Under the pieces are notes generated by a model. The model saw nothing but the letters and a program-made list of their open reading frames with translations, was not told where the DNA came from and searched no databases. Positions 25,172 to 49,600 of a DNA stretch of 64,000 nt are shown here, in pieces. A program made the translations under genes and the position numbers. This DNA comes from Macrostomum lignano (taxonomy: Eukaryota): assembly GCA_002269645.1 (NCBI GenBank), contig NIVC01000577.1, positions 46,460 through 110,459 of the forward strand, in the 5' to 3' direction. Within the stretch, counting starts at the first letter, position 1. Each line of letters opens with the position of its first letter.

Positions 25172-26410
25172 TTACGGCATGGTGACACTTCTGAATGTCA
25201 GACTCGGACTCGTTCTCGGCCTGGCCGGTGTCAACACTTCCAACTGTGCAGCAGCAGAATGATCGCTACCAATGTTTGTCGCCGACCTGTGCGGCAAAGA
25301 GCCGAGAACGCGTCTCAGCCTCTCGGCTTCATCGCTACTTGAGTTCGCCCCCGAGTCCAGAGCGAGCCGACGGCAGAACTGATCGATGCTGTGGCCGCAC
25401 TTGAGCAGTTTTCCCTGCTCAACCTGCAGCAGCTCTTGCGTTCTCCGCGGCGGCGGCGGCGGCGGTGTCGGAGGCTTCGGCATGGCTGACTTCGATGTCG
25501 TTAGTCGATTTTGTCGGAGCAGGAGGATTCGCTGAGCGGCGTCCCATTGGCGGCTAGCGGCGGTCTTGCACCGATCAAAGTGAGACAGCATGCCTGCCAG
25601 CTGCTGCTCTACTGAGAACTGCTTCCAGTTGCCTTTTCTGCGGGCGTTGCCTGCGCTCATCACGGCAGAGTGGTTGCTAGGGCAGTTGAGTAGTCGGTAG
25701 GGCAGTTGAGTAGTCGGTAGTGCAGTTGAGTAGTCGGTAGTGCAGTTGAGTAGTCGGTAGTGCAGTTGAGTAGTCGGTAGTGCAGTTGAGTAGTTAGTAG
25801 TGGAGTTGAGTAGTTAGTAGTGCAGTTGAGCAGTCGGTAGTGCAGTTGAGTAGTCGGTAGGGCAGTTGAGTAGTCGGTAGGGCAGTTGAGTAGTCGGTAG
25901 TGCAGTTGAGTAGTTAGTAGTGCAGTTGAGCAGTCGGTAGTGCAGTTGAGTAGTCGGTAGTGCAGTTGAGTAGTCGGTAGTACAGTTGAGCAGTCGGTAG
26001 TGCAGTTGAGTAGTCGGTAGTGCAGTTGAGTAGTTGGTAGGGCAGTTGAGTAGTTGGTAGGGCAGTTGAGTAGTCGGTAGGGCAGTTGAGTAGTCGGTAG
26101 GGCAGTTGAGTAGTCGGTAGTGCAGTTGAGCAGTCGGTAGTGCAGTTGAGTAGTTGGTAGGGCAGTTGAGTAGTCGGTAGGGCAGTTGAGCAGTCGGTAG
26201 TGCAGTTGAGTAGTCGGTAGTGCAGTTGAGTAGTTGGTAGGGCAGTTGAGTAGTCGGTAGGGCAGTTGAGTAGTCGGTAGGGCAGTTGAGTAGTCGGTAG
26301 TGCAGTTGAGTAGTCGGTAGTGCGGAAAGTGTGTGCCCTCAGGGGTTCTCCTGCTGCAATGGGGGCAGACTCAGGTTTAAATTCAGTTACCTGGCAGTGA
26401 ACGGTCGCAT
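25172..26410 (-). CDS. Uncharacterised small protein of about 174 aa, two coding exons, with a predicted N-terminal helical region and a poly-Pro linker
   Basis: Exon 26410-26391 (ATG CGA CCG TTC ACT GCC AG|gtaact) joins in phase to the acceptor at 25676 (ccctag|C AAC CAC...). The frame is open to TAA at 25174-25172: MRPFTASNHSAVMSAGNARRKGNWKQFSVEQQLAGMLSHFDRCK... It is GC-rich unique sequence between repeats. No family recognised. Confidence 0.55.
25680..26322. repeat. 20-bp GCAGTTGAGTAGTCGGTAGT minisatellite filling the orphan-gene intron
   Basis: Read directly. Confidence 0.95.
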
Positions 26411-26869
26411 TTCACACCTTCGGAAATCGACGTTCACATGATCAAACAGGAAGGCAAGTGGGTGTCGTTGGCAAATTTTTGCAATTTTTTCTGCATATCG
26501 CCTTTCCCTGCCACTTCCTCCTTGCTTGGTTGGGCGAGCAAACACACACGCACACACACAGTGAGCGAGGAGAAATTGCAGTCTAAGCTGGGATCAACCT
26601 AGCTGCCAGATCATATAGTATGAAGTCTACATGTAGATATGCTTCACTTTGTACTTTTATGGCTCACTCAGTATCGTATGGCCCATCCTTGATATTAAAC
26701 AAGCGAAGAATGTAAATGCGCGCAAAAAAATGAATAAATTTAATTTTTCTTTCAATTCTTAAACAAGATTTCAAGACGGAATACAAATTAGAGGGAGCGA
26801 GAGTTAAGTAACACAGTGTACTTTGCACTGTTGCACTGCCGATGGAATCTGAATTCGCCACTTCTGTCA

Positions 26870-27410
26870 GTACTAGAACTCTTACTAGAACCCTTACTAG
26901 AACACGTACTAGAACTCATACTAGAACTCTTACTAGAACTTGTACTAGAACTTGTACTAGAATTCGTACTAGAACACGTAGTAAAACTTGTACTAGAACT
27001 CGTACTAGAACTTGTACTATAACTCGTACTAGAACTCGTACTAGAACCCTTACTAGAACACGTACTAGAACTCATACTAGAACTCTTACTAGAACTTGTA
27101 CCAGAACTTGTACTAGAACTCGTACTAGAACACGTAGTAAAACTTGTACTAGAACTCGTACTAGAACTCGTACTAAAACACGTAGTAAAACTTTTACTAG
27201 AAATCGTACTAGAAATTGTACTATAACTCGTACTAGAACCCTTACTAGAACACGTACTAGAACTCATACTAGAACTCTTACTAGAACTCGTACTAGAACT
27301 CGTACTAGAACACGTAGTAAAACTTGTACTAGAACTCGTAATAGAACTTGTACTAGAACTCGTAATAGAACTTGTACAAGAACTCGTAATAGAACTTGTA
27401 CTAGAACTCT
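26870..27410. repeat. 12-bp TACTAGAACTCG-type minisatellite
   Basis: Read directly. Confidence 0.93.
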
Positions 27411-27919
27411 AGTGCAGAAAGTAGGTCTGTCAAAAATCAATAAATCCATAAGTATCTACTAAAGCCGTGTTACCAGCGGTTATAAAACAATACAGATTAA
27501 ACTGATGCTCCGTGATGCTGCATGCAAAACAGCCGCGATCAGAAGCCAGGCTACACAAATCGTAGCTGCCATTTATTTTTCACTGGCAGTTTTTAACTTT
27601 GCAAAGTGTTTAACTGCGAGAGCTTATGATACAGCAACTACTGTCAGTCAGAGGGTCCACACTACTACTGTACAGTATACTACATTAGTGCAATAGCGCA
27701 GTGTCGGATGGGATAAATATCCGCGCTCCATAAATAATTGTCACGACGCTGCGCTACCACGGAAGTTGCCGAGCTTTCCCGACTCGCGCGCAGCATCAGC
27801 TGGTAAACTGCATGATCTCTTTTAACCGAGTTTGTACTTTTACGTCACTGAGCTCGCCAGAAATATTTGCAGATAAACAACCCGGCAAATATACTACTAG
27901 TCGATTTAATTATGTCAGA

Positions 27920-28670
<751 letters not shown>

Positions 28671-29272
28671 AGATTTTGCGTTCGCTGTGTTGCTAGCTTT
28701 CGTTTTGTCAGCTTTGATCCAAATTTTACTCGTAGCAATAAATTAACAAACGTCCAAGTTGATTAAAGCAATTAACTTGAGCTCCCATTGACCTGAACAA
28801 CGGCAAAATTAAACGAAAAAACAACGTTTATTTGTTAAAAAGGTAACTCAATATAAATAATCAAGAATGAGAGGAATTAATAATTAAGTCATAATTATCG
28901 CACAAATAAAATTCAGGTAAACTAATATTTAAACTGGAAGCAAAAAAAACAATTTGGAAGACCAAAATTGCACAATAACACACCCATAGTACTTAGCACG
29001 AGTAGCAATATAAAAATGTCATGCTAAAACAGGCAAAACTGCGGTAAAAGTGAATGGAATAGCGTCGAAAGATTGCACAATTCATGGAATTGAAAAACTC
29101 GAAGAAAAACCTGTTAGCCTATTTTTGTTTTAATTTTTACTACCAGCAGCATGTCCATAAAACAAAAGAATGTGACATTTATTGTAGTTTAAATTAGCAG
29201 AACTATGTCATGATTATAATAATAACTGCATTACTAAAGTTATTGCACAACTTTTGCTTACTTTAAGTCACA

Positions 29273-41633
<12,361 letters not shown>

Positions 41634-42181
41634 TGCAGCCAACTTTAAACCAAAATGTCTCTCTTTAGATACACTTAAAGGCCCAAATAAATGATAATTT
41701 TCGAAATAAAAACATACTCGGTGAGCACAGCAATTTGTGTTTCATGGATATTTCTTGTAAAGAGGATGCGTGCGATAACTTGCAAAAACTAACAAATTAA
41801 AATGCTTTGATAGGAGTTGATTGCAAAAATATGCTGCACTACGTACTTTTAATCTTTTATATTGAATTTCGGCTCTCCTATTTTGTTTAAGTTAGATTAT
41901 TGTGCAGAAAGAGAAGCATTCATCAAAAAGTTGCTGGTTTAACTTCGCAAGTCTAATATAATTTTGCTCTAAAAATAGTTTATGACTTCTACATTACGAT
42001 TGACACATTTTATAAAAGGAGTCCAGATTCGAGTATAATCTTGCCTAGTTCTTTATAATTATTGTATTTCTATTTTATTTCTAATTATGTCTTTAATTTA
42101 ATGGAACATGCATAGAACGTGGTATAACTAACGAGTTCACGAGAGCGGATATCTTATTACTTGCTTTTGAATATATTAAAG
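41634..42181. promoter_or_regulatory. Probable bidirectional promoter / 5' UTR region between the divergent ELAPOR and KIZ start codons
   Basis: Divergent ATGs at 41633 (-) and 42182 (+) are 548 bp apart in AT-rich, repeat-free DNA. Transcription starts were not located. Confidence 0.55.
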
Positions 42182-43661
42182 ATGGCTTCGGTTGAGTATC
42201 TTAAATCAACTGCTCAACTCCAGGAATCTATTCTAAATTGGTAAGCTAGTTAAATAATAATTTAGTTGACTGTCAATTCCACTGCTTTTGACTTTTATCA
42301 GAGGTTAATTAGACTTGTACACACCAGTGCATTCAGTAGAAAATAATTTTAATTTTTAGCTCGTATTCGACTACTGCCTTGTTTCTTTACTAAATTTTCA
42401 AGTTTAATTTAAAGAAAAATAAAGAGTAAATTAATTATTTTTTAGTTTCCTAATTTGTACCATTGTTTAACGCTGTTTCTCAGCATATTCCAATATTTTT
42501 TAAACCTATGTAAAACTTACATATTTTGTTTTGTGTTATCAATGAAAAAACTTTTGATTTTGCTACGCGCTTGTTAGCTCAATCCATTGCTCTTAAGAAT
42601 TATAGTTTGATACCTTCGAAATTTTATAAATGAAAATGGCTTTTGTTGTCTCACATTGAATATTTTAATGAAAACTTGCTATAAAACTCGGCTATCATAC
42701 CTACCATCTATATTAATTTTGATTTTTCCTGCCTTCAGTGTTGCACTGCACTTTTTTAATAGCTTCCTGTCAAATTTTAACTTCTTCAAGCGCCTGAATG
42801 TACTTTAGATACGTGTTTTTTAGTTTTCAGGGTTATTAAAATGTATATTTTTGCTAAAGAAACTTACATAATTTTATTTTTCGTCCATATGTTGCTAAGA
42901 ATAATATAAATATGCAAGGCTCATTTACACCCGTCATCACACAAAGCTTGGTAACCGTCATTTGATGGCAGAGTGAACGAGCAGAGTGGTCTTTGTCCTG
43001 ATATTTGATGATAGTAAAGCCTTATTATTACGGTAAAGGCAACACTTATACAGCTGTAGACAGTCTATGGCCAAGCTCATTTAGAGTTTCTAATTAATCG
43101 AAGCTCGAGTCTGTTGTCTAGATTTTTGCTAGATTGAAGCCCAAACAGCAGCTGCTCATTGATCAGCTAAAAACAATCGAGCTAAAAACAGATGGCGGAG
43201 CTGTCCAGCTGCCAGAGCGGCCCCGAGCCGTCCGACCAGTCGAGCGAGCTGGACTCGGACGACAGCGCCTTCGCCAAGACGCCAATCCGACCAGACGATG
43301 ATGGTGACGATGACAGCGCGTCGATCGCGTCCGACGTTTCCAGCGTCAGCAGCGACGCGTCGATGCACTTCAACGAGCGCGGCGATCGGACCTACTTTCA
43401 CGTGTGGAGCGACATGCTCACCTGCAACGAGATGACCGAACTGGACCTGAAAGCCGAAACCGAGGTGCCGAATTATGTTGAAGGTGACGAACTGGAGAAT
43501 CCGAATATTCACAAGCCGCTGAGCGTGGACACCAGCCTGCCCTGCCCGCTCATCCAGTTCGGCCCGATTCCCAAACGGAGAAGCAACAAAAAGTCAGCGG
43601 CGTCGACAGCGACGGACAGGTCCGACCTGGCTGGCGACGACACCAGAGAAGCTGAGCCGAC

Positions 43662-43692
<31 letters not shown>

Positions 43693-46600
43693 GATTGCGC
43701 CGAAGGAGCTAACGAAGCTTCAGCATTGTCGGAGTGCGAAGGGCATCAGCAGCATCGCGACGAACGTTGCTGCGATTTCAGCGTGGTGGCAGCCAAGAAC
43801 AATGCCAGGCACAAAGTGGAAGCCCGGCTGCGCAAGCTCGAGCGCAAGAGACTCGTGCGATATTGATCAGAAAGCTCGATAATAAACTGCAAGTCCTTGA
43901 GATTTCAGCAGCAGCTTCCTTTCTGAAGAAATTTCAGTTTTACTTGGAAACAACCTGATTGAACCATTTCGTCCTGGCGATGACTTTATTTACTTACGTC
44001 TTTTCTCAGTCAGGGTGACTGTTATTGTGTTGAAAGAATAAACAAGCAACCTCAATGATTAGTTTGTACGGTTTTTTTCTTCTGCCAATTTCCAAGTACA
44101 TCATCTGGTTAAAAACTGATTGCTCATTTATTTTTACAGATTTATTGTATAAAATCATTGATCTTACCTTTGTATTAGGAGATTTACCTTTTTAAAAAAA
44201 TCATTTTAGCGAGTCAGAGCGACTGAATCTGGAGCAGAAGCTTAAAGCGCTGAAAAGCGGGTAAGAAAATACTTTACGTTTTCATGAAAAAAAGAATACA
44301 AACAAATTTATTTTTATCGACATCAGATTACTAAAAAAGTTCTTACCTGCAACTTGCTGATCAATATAATCGATTACTTGACGTTACCTCGCCAGTGTTA
44401 TCTCTGATCTGATTGGTCGGCATTCTTATCTGTGATCTGATTGGTAGGCATTCTTATCTGTGATCTGATTGGAAGGCATTTTTATCTGTGATCTGATTGG
44501 TCGGCAGTCTTATCTCTGATCTGATTGGTCGGCAGTATTATCTCTGATCTGATTGGTCGGCAGTATTATCTCTGATCTGATTGGTCGGGAGTCTGATCTA
44601 TTACCCGATTGGTCTTCTGGCTCATCTCTGATCTGATTGGTCGAGAGTCTGATCTGTTACCCGATTGGTCTTCTGGCTCATCTCTGATCTGATTGGTTGG
44701 CACTCCTGTCTCCATGCTGTTGCTTCCCATTTCGGACCATTTTCCAGCTCCGGCGGCGCGACCTCAACAGCCCTATCCGGCTACTACCAGGACCTCTGCC
44801 AGCGCGAGACTTCAATGCACCGTCGGGCTCAGCAGCTCCTAGCAGACCTCGAACGCGCAGAAACCACTCTGCGCTCTTTGGATCGTCGAGCTGGCCAATT
44901 GCGCGCTAAGCGAGACGCAATTCTGGCCGAGCACGGACCGCGCTGGCGCGACGATATTATTGACTATCTGCGCAGACAGACGTCAACAGAATCTCTAGAG
45001 AAGTCTGCGCCACCAGCTGCAGCTTCGGGCGCTTCAACTGGTGCGAATCTTGCCACCAGGGGCTCCGCCACGCTGAGGGAAAGCTCAGGCTTGGACACCA
45101 GCAGTGTCCCGCCGCTGAACCTGTCTCAGCTGAGCAGGTCGGGCGGCGCCAGCACCGCGGCTGCCAAAGCTGCAGCTAGCGGCGGCGACGGCGATGGCGG
45201 CGGCGGCGGCTGGAACACCAGCGGCGCCCTGCTTGGCCTAACTGAATCCACCATGGACTCCACTGGGTTTTCTAAGTAAGCTCATTGAGTAACCCAATAC
45301 TAATAGCTGAGCAGTTCTACAGTAGAAAATCAGTATTCTTGGGAATTTGTGGGTTGAGGCAATTCTGCACATTCCGGTGACTCCTGAGCACACACAAGTG
45401 CGCCAATACTGTACACAGGTACGCACTCATGCACACACTCACACAGGGTGTACAGAGGCCCTGACCTAATCGTCAGGAATGTACACTCCCTGTGCCTTGG
45501 GGTTGGCCTTCGTGGGTGCGAATTGCACTACTAGTATACCCAGCACAAGCCCAAAATCAATGTACTTTGCTGCTTTGCCTCTCGTTCTGCAGTAAACATC
45601 AGGATGTGTCAGGTGCGGCTCTGCTCCAGCATTACTCCAATGCAAACAAGATGGCTATGTTAGGTAGCTCATCAGTAATGCGCTCGACCTCGAGTCAAAG
45701 CTGCCGGAGTTCATGATTTCTTGGCAAGAATTGGCCTGCGCGCCTCAGACACGACTCTACGGCCCCAAGAGTCATTATAGAAGCGCCACAGAGTCGTTTC
45801 AGAATCGCAGATAATAAAACTCCTCAGATAGACTCTTAGGCGATTATTTGGCGACTTTTTGGCGACTTGTACCGTGACATTTCACGTCGTTTTAGAGTCG
45901 TCTACAGTCACTTCTTTCTTATTTTACCTGCATTACCTGCAAGGATTCTTAAACTATTCTGGGGCAACGCAAGCGACTCTGGGACGCTTCTTGACAGCCT
46001 CAATTACCCCAGCTAATGCTGGCACCCATTTTACACCTGAGTGAACTGAAGCAGTGCAGAGTTAAATGTCTCTTGCTCAAGGACACAAATTGAATCGTTT
46101 CGGTCATGAATCCGACATTCTAACCACTGGACTAAAAGTCCCTTCACAGGTCGAAAATGAAGACCATCTGTCAAGCTTTTACATATACTGTTCTTAGTAC
46201 TGCCACTAGTAGATGACCATATCTTCCAACATTTTTATCCATTTGAAGATCTGGCAGTCAGCTGGGAGACACGGCTCGGCAGAAAACTCCTCGAGGCAAA
46301 ACGTTGGAGTTGGCGACTTCAAATGAGCAGCAGCAGCAACAGCAGCAGCCGCGGCCACCACCGGCTCCAGCGCCGTCCACGACGAAATCTGCGACGACAG
46401 ACAGCGTGGATTCCACCGCCGAAGGCCTGTCAGATCTGACCCTGACTGGCCTGCACTGCCTGCTCGACTTCGTGGACTCGGAGATGAAACGAGCTCAACC
46501 TCGTATCCTGGCTGGTTACTATGCGACCTCGGCTCCGTCAGATGCTCTTCGAGCGGAGATCTGCTCGGCTGCGAACTCTGGTGGCGGCCTGCCGAGTCAC

Positions 46601-49600
46601 CTGTCTGCGGTAGGGGAATGTTGAGTTTGTCTCTCTCTGTTATTGATTTTGCCTTACATTTTCGTAACTTTGACGTGGTGAAGTTCAGTTTTGTGTTAAC
46701 AACCATTCACAGTCCAGTGTCAGACAGTCCAGTGTCAGACAGTCCAGTGTCAGACAGTCCAGTGTCAGACAGTCCAGTGTCAGACAGTCCAGTGTCAGAC
46801 AGTCCAGTGTCAGACAGTCCAGTGTCAGACAGTCCAGTGTCAGACAGTCCAGTGTCAGACAGTCCAGTGTCAGATAGTTCAGTGTCAGACAGTTCAGTAT
46901 CAGACAGTTTAGTGTCAAGGAGTTTAGCTACGAACTCCAGCTTAAAAAAATCACAGGTTTCTGCAACAGCTCTGCTACTAGAAGAGCTCGATCTGTTGGT
47001 TGCCACCCGACTGCCTGGCGGCTGCGTGTTCACCGAGCAGCTGGTGTCGGCCCTATCGGGCGTGTCGGACCCACGCCAGCTGGACCGCCAAATTGACATG
47101 AATATCGGCGACGCGGAGGCGCGCTCTCTCTGGCGCCGTTTATTGCGCCATATGAGGCGCCTGAAGCAGCGCACCGGTCGTTCGGCGCTCGACGTGGCGC
47201 GCCTGTTCTGCCCGTCGCTGCTGCCGCAGTCGAGTCCGGCCAGCGTCAGCGACCGCCTCGTCAACGAGGCCGTCAGAATACTCAATCTGCCGGCTGGTGG
47301 CAACGAGGAAAACCTGCGGGATATTGATGAAGGCGAAGATGATGATGATGATGACGAGGAGTCTGTGACCATCGCTTCGGATCGACGGCCGCAGCCGAAA
47401 CCGCAGCCGGAACCGCAACGTCCGGTCGTCGGCGAGTCGATGCAAGCCACCGCCGGCTCTTTCGTTGAAGAGGCCGACGACGAGGAAGATGAGGACGACG
47501 ACAATGGCGGCTTCGACGTGGAGATCGCGGGCGGTGGCAAGCCGGCGGCGGCTGTACGAGTCGGCGGCGGCGACAGCTTGAATGTCACGGGGAATCCTGA
47601 GCTACGCGCAAGCAGTTCGGACTCGCACGTTCGAGGTGAAGCTTCGCGAAGTTTCTGTCCTGAATTTGGTAGAAGCAGAAGTTTTTTTTGATCATCCGCT
47701 TATTCTCCACTTTTACCTACAGCGTACGCCGCCGCTCTGCAAGACGACAGCGCAGACGAGAGCAGCATCACGGAGCTCACCATGCAGTCCGGCACCAATC
47801 GCAGCGGCTTCTTTTCTCACGATTCGCCGCAGCCGAATCTCAAGGGTGAGCTTTTTGAGATTTTTTCTTTAAAAAAGAAATAAAATGCTTTTACTCTACT
47901 AATAGTAGCTCGTAGTTTTTAAGTACCAATTAAAAATTTTTGTACTAGCTACTTGCCATCTGTGGGATGCTTGCTATCTGGGGCATGCTTGCTATCTGGG
48001 GGATGCTTGCTATCTGGGGGATGCTTGCTATCTGGGGGATGCTTGCTATCTGGGGGATGCTTGCTATCTGGGGGATGCTTGCTATCTGGGGGATGCTTGC
48101 TATCTGGGGGATGCTTGCTATCTGGGGGATGCTTGCTATCTGGGATGCTTGCTATCTGGGGGATGCTTGCTATCTGTGGGATGCTTGCTATCTGGGGGAT
48201 GCTTGCTATCTGGGGGATGCTTGCTATCTGTGGGATGCTTGCTATCTGGGGGATGCTTGCTATCTGGGGGATGCTTGCTATCTGGGGGATGGTTTGGTAT
48301 CTGTGGGATGCTTGCTATCTGGGGGATGGTTTGGTATCTGGGGGATGCTTGCTATTTTGGGGATGCTTACTATCTTTGTGAAGGCTTTATTTTGTTGTGT
48401 CCTTTTGTTACTTTTCGAAAAAAGAGATTTATAGCAGATTTCTTTTTTCCGTAACTTACTCGAATAAGGTGATCCTTGAAGGAGGAGGCACTAGATTGCT
48501 AGTAAAGCTAATAATGAGATCATGTTTCACTAATTAGGTTAGTGGAAGATGTACGAAGAATGCTTTTTCTCTATTGGAAGTAGAGTGGTTTGTGCGTGTT
48601 GTGTAGAATAATATTTATGAGTTTTTTAAATTGACAGATAATAGAATTTTCTTGCTGCATGTATTTGCAGATTTTTTAAACAAAAATGTCACGAACTCAG
48701 ACCGTCGGGGGGGCTATAAAACAGGGTAATTAATCACGCATTTCTTCTGCAAAAAATTCTAAAAAGAAAGTTATATTTTAATCGTGAACAAGTTCAACAT
48801 GAATACTACACTTTTAGTAGCAAATTATCGTTTTCAAAGAGTAGAATTTCGGTCACAACTCCGATCGGCACTCTTCACTTGTTGACCACTTCGACTTGAA
48901 TTTTGGAGAAGCACAATGCCAGCGTGCTGACCAACGGTTCCAGGAAGATTGACAGGGTGATGGAGTAGAATAGCTTCAGCATCTTGGCCTGCATTTCGAA
49001 GGCTCTCAGCGCCGGTCTCCAGCACCAGATGATGTTGCACGCGAGACAGGCGAATTCGAAGCCCCAGTAGCAGGCAGCAGGCACGGCGCAAATCAAGGTG
49101 AGAATTCTGTAGGTCCACAGCTTCACCGTGTAGTAGACCTTGTGCGCCAGCTTCCACACTCCATCGAATGAGTACACCGTATGATGCGGCTCTCCGAACA
49201 CTTCCTCCCAGCGTACGTGCAAATCGCCATTGATCTTCAACGGATCGCGTTCGTGCACGTCCGCTTTGGACTCGTCCTCCATCTGTACGTGAACCTCCGA
49301 CTCGGCCACCTGCAGCTTCGAGCTGCTTTCCGAACTTGCCATTGAGACTTGTGTTGCTGAGGTCTGTAGAGTCTAGTGCAATTTGATCTTGAAGAGCTAG
49401 GTTTCTCCCTCTGTCTAATATTTCAAAACTGCAAGATCTACATGCCAGAGTTTTTTGTAGTCCTGCGATAGAGTTACTGTATGTGTAGAATCTGATTTCG
49501 TTGGGCACAGATAAGACCAGTTGGGTCACGAATGATAGAGGCACACATATCACTCTCGCCAAACTGATAGCACGAGTCTCCCTCTCTCCCTCTCTCTCTC

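Noticed and set aside
46304-47300. RhoGAP domain lacking the arginine finger (GYYATSA...VARLFCPSLL)
   Set aside because: The resemblance is weak. The N- and C-terminal motifs of the same spliced protein match kizuna, which explains the gene better.
48834-49562. 242-aa alternative-frame ORF overlapping caveolin, and antisense ORFs over the GPCR, KIZ and ELAPOR exons
   Set aside because: These are shadow ORFs expected from GC-rich coding sequence.
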